Below, piece by piece: positions 13,790 through 24,403 of a stretch of DNA of 64,000 nt. The number at the start of each line of letters is the position of its first letter. Within the stretch, counting starts at the first letter, position 1. This DNA comes from Epiperipatus broadwayi. Its lineage: Eukaryota > Animalia > Onychophora. A program made the translations under genes and the position numbers. The notes under the pieces are model-generated. The model was not told where the DNA came from. It searched no databases and saw nothing but the letters and a program-made list of their open reading frames with translations. The stretch is taken from positions 124,001-188,000 of the forward strand of contig JAQFVV010000004.1 of assembly GCA_028023455.1 (NCBI GenBank), read 5' to 3'.

Positions 13790-14934
13790 TTTGTTAAGGA
13801 TCACACCAAGCCCTCCATTTTTTCTTGGTGATCTGCCTCAGTCTCAAAATTTCTTACTTGGTAATGGAGACTACTGCTGGTTTTTGTCCTGTTATATTTG
13901 AATTACTGCTCATTAGGTGGATTGTTCATGTTCTTTCCACGCTGCCTGTAAATTTTCTCAGCTTTTTCTTGTACCATGGGATATACAGTTTTTTTCATTG
14001 ATCCAATCTTAAATCATTTACTTGATGATCATTCCTTTTGGATGGGAATTTATTGAAGATTTAAATCAGACCTGTTAATTGCCGGTTTTATTATTGCTGA
14101 AGGCAAATCGGCCATTTTCTCAATGGGTTTACATCCAGTACCTATCAATAAATGTTGCACAGGATTTGGAAAGTTCTGTCTTAGCTATTTTAATAATCTG
14201 GTTTTCCAACAGTGGAAATGCTATTAGTGTCCACAGTTTGGCTGTCTGCCTTCTAAAGAATGGCACATAAGTTTCTTCTGGCCAGCATTTTTCCTGAACA
14301 CTTAATGCTTTATGCCATCCTGATGGCTTTTTATTTCAATAACACCTCATCAAGGCCTGCTTATATTGTATAAAGCTATCAGTTTTTTGAACAAAGATTT
14401 CCACCAGGCTTGCAATGCTCCTGACAGGTGGCTAATAGCCACTGCCAACTTAACCCCCTGGGTCATAGAGTTAATCTCAAAATATCTATCCAAACTGTTC
14501 AGGTATTCTAAAGGTATTCCTTCTGTATGTCCATAGAAGAGAGTTTTAAAAACTGATTCACCAAATTAGGTGTGCACTTTTATTTTTCAGTATCTATTTT
14601 TATACTTTTATTCTCCTTCTCCATACTTTGTATTGTTTTCTTATTTTCTTGCTTGTTTTTATTAATCTTCAACTTCATCTGTTTCATTTTTTTCATCAAG
14701 ATTACTTATCCTCTCATCTACCCTTTGGGTTATTTCTTTGACAATTTTTTTCATTCTATCTTCAAAGTGCTGTTGACTTTTCTTTATTTCTCTAGGTGTT
14801 TCCCTACTTTCATGGACTATCTCTTTCCATTTGCCTAACATTTCAGTCTTGAATTCTCTCCTAATTTCTTCAATCATTCCCACATATAGTGGAGCAATAT
14901 CCTCTTTTGTTTCCATTTTGCTAATCTCTGACAT
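13790..14934 (-). pseudogene. gag: Ty3/gypsy gag relic (coiled coil + retrotransposon capsid)
   Basis: Minus ORF 14662-14934 is coiled-coil-like. It continues as FYGHTEGIPLEYLNSLDRYF...AISHLSGALQAWWK...YVPFFRRQTAKL, which aligns by eye with FRGEYTENSSEFLNNLDELF...SNHLHGTAKDWWQ...YTRFFRNQAIRL of ORF 40816. Confidence 0.75.
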
Positions 14935-15038
14935 ACTGTCCTAAATTATTTTGCTACTTTATAATTTCATATATATTCTAATCTTTGATACACTGTCCTA
15001 AATTATTTTGCTACTTTGTAATTTCATATATATTCTAT
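14920..15038. repeat. 57-bp tandem duplication
   Basis: actgtcctaaattattttgctacttt at 14935 and 14992. Confidence 0.85.
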
Positions 15039-15809
15039 ATTTCTTTTATTTTCTTTACTCTCACTAGCTGGCAATAATATGTTTTATTTTTAATCATATT
15101 TACTATTGCTTCATTTTTTTTAATCAATTTTTAATAATTAATTTTTCAACTCTATTTCTAATTATATTTAACAACATGCATTTTTTTCTTTTTAATTAAA
15201 ATTTATTAATTAGTACTACGCTCATTGACCTCTCTCCCCCCTGCTGTCTCAATGCTCCTTGATCATTTAATTTTCCCAGTTATCTGCTTATATCAATCCT
15301 TGTTTTTGTACTCTTGAGGAAAATGTGAAGACAAATTGATTAAATAAAACATTTAACCAAAAACTAACAAAAATTCATATCACTTTTTTTCTCTTTAAAA
15401 TAATTACACCTTTTTTTTTCAGGCACGTGGATTTTCATCTCAGGTTATGAGTTTCCAATTTTCGTAGCCTCACTTTGTATTGGGTCATACCTTCTGCTAT
15501 AGTTTTTATAATACCTGGTTACTATAGGGTTTTAACACAATTTACCATAATATGCATATGTGTTGCACATCCACGCATCTATATAGTTTTATTCTATTTA
15601 TCGAATGTTACATACAGATGTAAACTGGTTAAAGATTTTTTTGTATGACCAAATCACATTTTGTTTACAAATAAATCAACAGCAAAATATCTGGAAAATA
15701 TGATTACATTTCCTGGCCATCCAAACCCCAGATAATATTTTATATTCTATTTTTCTACAATAGGAAATGTAGATCTAAAAAAACTTGCGACAGCTTTTAA
15801 TTTTTTTTT

Positions 15810-15819
15810 ACAGGCGCCA
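15810..15819 (-). promoter_or_regulatory. Candidate tRNA primer-binding site (TGGCGCC) for the gag relic
   Basis: Minus strand reads ...aaaca-c-TGGCGCCTGT, i.e. CA + 1 nt + TGG, ~0.9 kb upstream of the gag start. Only 7 nt match a tRNA-Lys-type 3' end. Confidence 0.35.
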
Positions 15820-16008
15820 GTGTTTAATGGACATTTAATTGAACACACTGTCATAAAGTTAATTAATTCAAGATTTTGAGGTAATCCTTTCCTATACTTA
15901 TATAGTTAAATGATTAAGTATATTAGCATTCTTTCATCAAGGAAATTAAATGGCGGAGATTGCTGAGTAGTTTAAAATAGTATTTAATAAACAAGAAATA
16001 ACAATAAT

Positions 16009-17174
16009 CAAAATACAAATGATTCATTCATACACACCCTTACTAAACATTACAAACATATATATTATTAAGAATAAATATGACTAAAATTTTACAAACT
16101 ACAACATTTATCTTGGACATTAATAGTTATAATATAGTTCTTGTTGTCCATAATTATTAAACAACCTAGCCAGTTCATTAAGAGTTCATATATTTCAGTG
16201 AAAATTTAAATGGATATAAAGAGCTCTCATTCATCTTATTGGTAATATTTCTTTTAATATAGATACATGTGACATATATATACTAAGGCCATGGATTTAA
16301 AGTTTATGCAATATTTTGATCCATGATTTCGGTAAGAAACATTTAATCAACTTGTTGGTGTTTCTAATGTGATATAGGCAAATCAAATCAAAGCCTCATT
16401 TTGACAGCAGGATAGGAAGAATGCATCAACAACTGTATCTGGAGGCTTAGCAATGCATTTGGTTGATGGCTTCTCTGAAGACAAAGGCAACACAAATTAT
16501 TCTGTACCACTCTCTGGATCTTTTTTATGCAATTTGCCATCTGATGAATAATGAAAGCATTAGCCACAAGATAAATTACTAAAAATCTTTTTTCAAAAAT
16601 TGTCAGGGTTGCCTTTAAAACATATAGCTTATCTTCTGCACATTTACCTTATCACGCCTTTTTTTTCTTACTTCAAGAATTCTCTGCCAAGTTTATTCTC
16701 TTATAATTTATTTCAAAATTAATTATCAGTGAAATACCCAATTTTCGTATATTCTAAATGTAGTACTCATTTCTGAGGCTGCAAAAATAATATACTCTTT
16801 TCAGCCAAATGAATATTTTGTACAAAAAAAAAACTATGTTTAATACATACAATTTACATTTTTACTGATAAAACTTCTAATTATATTTGTGCTGATCATT
16901 ATTATTATCGTTCATCTTTAATTAGCGAGAAAAGAGATATACCATCTTTCCCCTTTCGCCAATTATAGGTAATTATGTTGATTACATTTTTTTTATCACT
17001 TTTAAATATTCATGTACATTTTTATTAATCTGGATAGTCAAACAAATAACTTTCCTGCTTATTAATGTAACATGATTTATTTTTTATTTTTCTAAATATA
17101 TATATATATTTTCAGCAACTTCCCCCATCTTCACAGAGTGCTAAATACACATTGTAGCAAGTTAATGGTACAAT
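16009..17174. repeat. Dispersed repeat copy 2
   Basis: Paralog of 11722-12895. It retains a ~170-bp segment (~16120-16290) missing from copy 1. Confidence 0.85.
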
Positions 17175-18085
17175 AGATAATATGAATATAATACATAATA
17201 ACATTTGATAAAATTAAATAAACTTCCCTAATAAGAGAGTGACCTATTAAAAAAAAAAATAATTTTTTTTTTACACTTTTTAGCAAACAGAATAGAGAAA
17301 ACATTTTTGATGGGCATATATTTGATATTTGTTTGATATGCGTACATTTAATTTTTTTTATTTTTATGAAAATGTTTCTGCAACATTGATTTAATTATAG
17401 TACCATATTGGTTTATTTTGATGAATAACAAACAAGATTTTTAGATAGAAATATGACTAATCAGAAATATTTTAAAGTGTAATTTCTGCTGGCAATCTTT
17501 ATACTTAGATCGGTTATATTTTTGAATTATATTTAAGGCTAATTCAACATTAGATAAGTTACCAGAGTATTAGGACAAATCATTCATTATAATAATGGTT
17601 TCCAAAAGGAAGTAATGGATTTTACTCATAAAGTAAATTCATTTTGGAGCATAATATTGTTTATAAGTAATTTTTTTTCTCTTTTTTTTTCATCATCTTA
17701 TATAATCATTACAATTAATTAGATTGTTAAAATTTACTTTCTTGAATAAAAAAATTGTTTTATAATGAATAGTTTCTAATAATTAAATATTTATTTAGAA
17801 CTAAATAAATGTAAATGTTTCAGTCTGAAGCATATTATTACATACATACATTATGTATAAATGCATATATATTTGGCATGCAGTATACAATGATTACTTT
17901 TATTAATTTATTACTTCAAAAAATATTGGCCTAATTAAGAATAATTATAATGAATTTATAAATCTACTTCAAATCTAATCGAATACACATTAAAACTAAC
18001 TTAATTTTTTTTACAAGTACGATCTACACACTAATACATTGCTATGAAATGATTATGCACATTACTCTGCTATGAAACTACCTTT

Positions 18086-18119
<34 letters not shown>

Positions 18120-19079
18120 ATGTCTGAATCCTAGTTATAAAATATTATAAACATGAAATATCTATTCTTTTCTCATTAGTCTTTCTCTTAGTTAATCAAA
18201 ATGTAGTTTTCTTCTTAATATTCCTACATATATTTTTAATACCATTTCCACACTTGCACATTTACATTTAAATATAACAAGAATTTTTCATTCTAACTTT
18301 TTTGATCACACTATTAAAATTGAAATCTATTTAAAAATGCACCATTTAACATATGGCCTTGAAACATTTTTAATAATATTTATATAAATAAATGCATACA
18401 TCTTTTTTTTTTATCAATGTTGCAAAACAACAGAAGTTTTAAGTAATTTTTTTATTAGGTATTTGTATACTAATATATTCAACTATTAGAATATTTTTCT
18501 AGTTGATTCTATTTTTTATATTGTAAAATAACTTATTTAAGAAAAACATATTCAAATGTCTATTTGTTTTTTGCTTTTATATGCATTATATATATATAGT
18601 TTATTAAAATTATTTTTTAATATTATTATTTAGATTACTTTGAAACACAATAAAAAAACATAACTTAAAAATAGATAAGCTTTTGGAAATTTTGAAAACT
18701 GACATTTGAATACGTTTTTTTTTTTAAATTATAATATCTAAAAAGTATATATATATACACATACGTAAAAAAATTGAAACAGCTACAGATAAATATATTT
18801 AATATATATTTAGAAGCTTCTTGCTATAATTAAATAACTACTGTATAATATGAGATTTTAGATTTATTTAAAAATAAAAAGCCTGTGAATTGCAGTGGCA
18901 AAACACATTTGTTAAATACATTTTTTTTATAAGTGCACTTTTTTTTAACACTCATTTACAGAAATCATTTTATAATTAGATAAATAATTATTAATTGTTT
19001 TTATTAAGTTATAAATTATAATATTTATTTGGCATATATATAGACAGCTTAACTTATTAACAAAATATCATAAAGGAAC

Positions 19080-19310
19080 TAGAGATTCCAACGAGAAGTT
19101 AGATTCCTAGTGTTTTATTAAGTCCTTCCATTTTGTCACAGTAGATGTAGATTTGATAATCATTAACTGTATGTTTCATGGTTTGTATTTGTCCACATCT
19201 ACATAGATTAGTGAGTAATAAATTTCATTTGTGAAGCAGATGAGCACCATCATCGTTGGGATGTCCTGAATTTGTTGATAAGACCTCAACTGCTTTATTG
19301 TTGGATCTAA
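19080..19310 (-). mobile_element. 3' fragment of an I-group/Vingi-like non-LTR retrotransposon
   Basis: Frameshifted minus translation INKFRTSQR..AHLLHK*NL...CRCGQIQTMKH matches the LNRxRTGxGxC..L.KWG...C.CG..QT..H C-terminal zinc-knuckle region of non-LTR ORF2. Confidence 0.5.
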
Positions 19311-19503
19311 GAAAATAAATTTATTTAGAACCTTGTAATAGCTCATTTTTAATGTCACAATAAGAATATATATTTTTAATTAAACATTCAAATAGGACCT
19401 TTTGATTTAAGACAAGTCTTAGGTGTGAAACTATATGTTCGGTTATTAATAAAATTGCTTTTTACACTTTTTTCTGTGAGACTACTTTTTTTTTGTTTTC
19501 TAG

Positions 19504-19543
19504 TAAAAGAATATGTGAAAGATAAGGAAGCCAGAACAAAGAA
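19504..19543 (+). CDS. Possible upstream exon of the HMG-box-like gene (KEYVKDKEARTKK)
   Basis: Strong acceptor (ttttttttgttttctag); open frame ending in phase 2, matching the next exon. The donor (AA|gtagac) is weak. Confidence 0.25.
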
Positions 19544-19732
19544 GTAGACATGAGTATGGCAATATTTTTCATGGTAATAATTTAATGAATACTTAGAAGT
19601 TTAGTGTGGGAACTTTTTCTCCAAATAGAGGAAGAGTATTCATCAGTAAAATATGTTACTACCTAGGAAGTTGTCCATAAAATATTTATATTACAACCTC
19701 AAGTAATAACATGGCTTTATAAGATAGTTATT

Positions 19733-19785
19733 AAGCCAATAAACATCACATGATCACCATTTCTTATGCTTGCTTGCCTGTTTTA
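19733..19785 (-). mobile_element. 53-bp fragment of the 58143-59020 repeat family with 14-bp TSD
   Basis: TSD ataagatagttatt at 19719-19732 and 19786-19799. The insert aataaacatcacatgatcaccatttcttatgcttg...cctgtttta matches 58143-58200. Confidence 0.8.
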
Positions 19786-20283
19786 ATAAGATAGTTATTC
19801 TTAGAAATTAACTTTGATCTAAACTTAAGTAAATGAGGAAAATAAGTTAGGCTATGATCCATGATTTTTTCTAAATAGCATGGAATATAATTATGTTTCA
19901 GTCTATTATTGCAAAAGATTATATTCAAATTGAAATATTTTCATGTTGTTTAGATGAAAAATTGCAAATACTGTATTCATTGGATTAGGAATAAGGCCAC
20001 AGTTTTTAAAAAATATTTTCAGTCTTTTCAAATACTTGTTGTGAGACTTTGTGTTTTAGGAAAGAATTTTCTTTAAGAAATCAAAGCAATATCATCAGCA
20101 TAGCTGGATTTGCTGCATTCTGTTTCTGCAAAACCACCGATGAATATATTAAATAATGTGAGTGAGAAACATGGATTCTATCATTGGCTGCTCTGTAAAA
20201 TTTCTTCATATAAAATAATTAAATATTTTTTTAAAATTTTCTTCTATACTTATATTTAAGTTGTATTATTTATATTGTTTCAG

Positions 20284-20528
20284 GTATTCTTTATTTTACA
20301 ATCAGATGTTAAAAGAATTTCAAGATGTCTATTGTGAAGAAACTTCGCCATCATCTTGTGATATGAATTTCATGATACATGAATTGTGGAAAAATCTCTC
20401 TGAAGAAGAGAAACAAAAGTATGATATGTCTGTTAAATTAAAAGATTCTGATTTATATTATATTAACACTAATAATATTACTGGAGAAGAAACATTGGAA
20501 ACTTATAATACTGAGGAAAGTAGTTGTG
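20284..20528 (+). CDS. Exon of a host HMG-box-like protein
   Basis: Acceptor ttgtttcag, donor gtatgt. YSLFYNQMLKEF...MIHELWKNLSEEEKQKYD contains the HMG helix-3 signature W..LSEEEK..Y. Ends in phase 1. Confidence 0.7.
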
Positions 20529-22719
20529 GTATGTAGCTTTTTTGTTAAAAAATAGTTATTGCATTAAGTTTTTTATACATATTTATATAAAGTTTCTTTT
20601 ATTGAAAATAGAAATTAGTATGTAATATCATGTATTCATTTTGATTAATTGTTTTAATACATTTGCTATCAAACCCATATTTTGCAATAACTTTTTAATG
20701 TATTAATTCAAGATAAAATATCTAGACATGTAACTAAATAGAAATAAAATAAAACTCATTTTAATAATCAAAATTATAGTACAAATGAATATATTTAGAG
20801 ATATTAATATAGCAACTTGCAATTATATAAATTAAATATTTTAAGAAAAAGTGACTGGTAATTAATTCTGAAATATGACAGTATTGATTTCATAGATGTC
20901 ATATGATTCAATCATTGTCAGGCAGGAAGTTTATTTATTAATAAATATATTTATATATAGGTGTACATATTTTATAATGTCAACTCTTAATAATAATGCT
21001 GCCTCATATTGCTGAAATAATTTTTCTTTCAAAACTAATATATTGTTTTATTATTTTGAGATTTATATTTTTTCTATAACTTACCTTGCCATTTGTTACA
21101 TTTCCTTTTATTCTCAGATATTTCATTCTTGTAAATGTGTAATTTTAAAATTTTTTCATGTTCTTTATTTTCTATATTCATTACTTCATCTCAATTGAAA
21201 ATTTAATCATGAATTTCTTTTTTATTCCTTCTATATTTAAAGCTGTTCATTATATAATATTAATTATCTTTTTATTTATCTATTTCAAGTTTGACTCATC
21301 TTCAAATCTGTTAAAATTTTAAAATAATTTGCAAGTTGTAGTTTAAATTTATTGGAATATTTCTGACAATTAGATTGTCTTTTTAAAAATTTTTTTGTCT
21401 CCACAATTGCATTATCAAATATCTTACATCTTATTAATTGATAATTTCATTTTTTGTATTGAATCTATTAATCACATCTTATTCTTGAAATGCATATTTT
21501 TTATTAGTGTGCTTTATTTTTTCTTTGAATTTGTTTTTATTTTTAAAATAATTAATAGTAAATAGTTTTTCTTTTTGGTAAATTCTCTTTTATATCCATA
21601 TCCAAATTTTTCACAGCATCTTCACCTTTCAGTCAATTTTCACTTCTAGTATTAAAATATCTAATGATACTTTTTTAAAAAGCATTGTAATAAAATTTTT
21701 TTAACTTTTTTTGTGTATTTGAGAACTTTAGCCATAAACCTAAATTTTGAATTGTGTGAAATATTTTATTAAATTAAAAAAATCATAGATTATCATGTTA
21801 AAGCTGTAGACTTTGCTTGCATACCCAGAAATGCAAACAAACCTAGGTATGGCATCACAAAAGTCTTGAAACCTCAAATATACACTATAAAATGCATATT
21901 AACCAAACAGTTTCCATAGTCAAAATTATGGCTGTATAATTTATAAACATAGTAATTAATCCTTACAAATGACATAGAATACATTATTACTCTATTTACT
22001 GTCAAGCCAAAGTAAAATAACTAATTGCTAAAACTGGAAAAAAAATCCTGCTTCATAATATTTCTATAGATAATTCTTAGATTATCAATTAGTAATAATA
22101 TGCAATCTCTTTAATTTCAAATATAGTAATCTTATTAAGTAATGATAGTTTAGATTTTTGTTAAATGTGAATTAAAATAAAATCTTTTCATTCTTTCTAA
22201 AAATAATACATATTTAAATGATATCCTCAGCTGTTATTTATATAAAAGTGTAATAAAATGTAACTTTCTTAAATATATTAAAAATTAAAATAATATATAA
22301 AATCTAAATTTTGTATTAAAAGATATATCTTAAAGATTATAAAATAAATTGAATTCCATTAATTCATAATTATTACTTTATATTTTGATTCTCATTACAA
22401 ATCCATTTAATTTTTGTCTGCTCTCTATTACCATCTAATTTTGATAGTCAAATAAATAAATATTATATTATCTCAAATTACCTTATTGATATTGATGATG
22501 ATATTTCAAAGATATTGTTACTGTAGTCACATATACACATTCTACCAACTTTCATTAAACAATTAAAAATAGTAAAAAGATTTATTATTCTAGATTAAAT
22601 TTTATTGAATTAAAAAAATTATAATAGAAAATAGCATTGCAAATATATAATATATTATATTTTTAATATAATTAAATAAAAAAATATTAAGTTTTAAGTA
22701 ATAATGGTGTGTTTTACAG

Positions 22720-22821
22720 AAGTAGCTCTTGTACCAGTATGTCAAAGCAATGATGATAATTCAGATATGGAAACTTTACTTGAAAAACAGACTATTCACT
22801 TAGTTCCATCAAGTTTAGAGG
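22720..22821 (+). CDS. Next exon of the HMG-box-like gene (EVALVPVCQSNDD...VPSSLE)
   Basis: Acceptor gttttacag, donor gtaaat, phase 1-1, open and in frame with the preceding exon. Confidence 0.7.
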
Positions 22822-22905
22822 GTAAATTATATTTTAAAAATATTATTAATAATTGTACAAATAAATATATGAATAATAATATTTAAATTAAAATTATATT
22901 TTTAG

Positions 22906-23018
22906 GAATGCTCAGAAATGAAAAGTCTCCTCTAATTTCAGAAACTCTAGATAAAGATTGGTTTTTTGATTCTACAATTAATATTTGTGAAGTTTCCTTT
23001 GATCATGATTTTGCTATG
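22906..23018 (+). CDS. Following exon (GMLRNEKSPLISETLDKDWFFDSTINICEVSFDHDFAM)
   Basis: Follows an 84-nt intron; acceptor atttttag, donor gtaaat; frame continuous. Confidence 0.7.
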
Positions 23019-23492
23019 GTAAATTTCAACCTATTCATTTGTCATTTATTTAAATTCCATAACAGTTAAATTGATAAAATAAGATTCAAACATTTACACA
23101 CATTAAAATTAAATTCTTGCATTAATATAAATTTGCTTCTTATATGAAACAATAATAATTTGATTATTTAGTGTTATTATTATTCTATGTAAGAAGCATT
23201 TTTATTATTGCAGTAATTTATTATAGTTTAATTTCAGAATTTAATTTATATTGCATGTTAAAATTACATAAAATATCTGATTTAATCGTATTATTTTTGT
23301 TATTTATATTGCTTTGATTTTAAATAATCTTTTTTTTTCACTAGCATTAGTTAAAATACATAGATATATTTATGATGTAGACATTTCAAAAAGAAGTAAT
23401 ATATAGGTATATGAGCACAGACTTTCACATTCACCACTCTATCTCATATCACTGATACCTTGAACACATATATGTTGAAAAGATAAATAATC

Positions 23493-23536
23493 ACCAATAT
23501 ATATATTTCATGCTAAACCAGCAATCATCAGTTGGT
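23493..23536 (-). ncRNA. Minimal type I hammerhead ribozyme motif, copy 1
   Basis: Minus strand: ACCAA-CTGATGA-TTGCT-ggttt-AGCAT-GAAA-tatata-TA-TTGGT. Confidence 0.75.
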
Positions 23537-23936
23537 CCAGATTATCATCTCTACACATATATGCAATACATGCTCAGATATATATTAAGATAGCCAATCT
23601 TCACACTTTAATGGACAGGCTTTAATCCACTCTACACTCCAACTCTTTAACTATCTATCCAATTGAAAATCTGATGATGGAACACTCAAAGGCCACCCTG
23701 AGGCTGAGATTCTTGTCACACCCATGTTGACCTAAAGTCAATATGACCCCTCATGTACAGGACATAATCCATTTAATACATATACAAAGGATCGGCAGAC
23801 ATCTCTACTATGTAATAACTGAAATACAGGCTTATTATATACTTGTATTAATATATGTAATATAAAGTGTGAAGATTGGCTATCTTAATATATATCTGAG
23901 CACTTATTGCACATATGTGTAGAGATGATAATCTGG

Positions 23937-23981
23937 ACCAACTGATGATTGCTGTTTTTAGCATGAAATATATATATTGGT
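23937..23981 (+). ncRNA. Minimal type I hammerhead ribozyme motif, copy 2
   Basis: Stem I accaa/ttggt, core CTGATGA, stem II tgct/agca (U.U at 10.1-11.1), GAAA, palindromic tatata stem III, predicted cleavage after UA at 23976. Confidence 0.75.
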
Positions 23982-24359
23982 GATTATTTATCTTTTTGAC
24001 ATATATGTGTTCAAGTGTATCAGTGATATGAGATAGAGTGGTGAGTGGTGGGTCATGTGAAAGTCTGTGCTCATATACCCTATATATTACATATATTAAT
24101 ACAGGTATATAAGCCTGTATTTCAATTATTACATAGTAGAGATGTCTGCCCATCCTTTGTATATGTATTAAATGGATTATGTCCTGTACAAGAATCTCAG
24201 CCTCAGGGGGCCTTTGAGCATTCCATCATTAGATTTTCAATTGGATGGACAGTTAAAGAGTTGGAGTGGATTGAAGCCTGTCCATTAAAGTGTGAAGATT
24301 GGCCATCTTAATATATATCTGAGCACTTATTGCATATATGTGTAGAGATAATAATCTGG

Positions 24360-24403
24360 ACCAACTGATGATTGCTGGTTTAGCATGAAATAAATATATT
24401 GGT
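24360..24403 (+). ncRNA. Minimal type I hammerhead ribozyme motif, copy 3
   Basis: Same motif; stem III palindrome mutated to taaata. Confidence 0.7.

Noticed and set aside
16541-16565. ctgatga-ataat-gaaa (similar chance hits at ~1348, ~19645, ~31820)
   Set aside because: No viable stem II or stem I; expected by chance in AT-rich DNA.
12200-16660. Stop codons at the same positions in both copies of the unknown sequence, but with different codons (TAG/TAA/TGA), suggesting codon reassignment
   Set aside because: Duplication after pseudogenisation plus transitions explains it more simply; standard stops end other ORFs here.
23848-24311. ORFs 23848-24153 (-) and 24045-24311 (+)
   Set aside because: They fall within the 423-nt non-coding repeat and resemble no protein I recognise.
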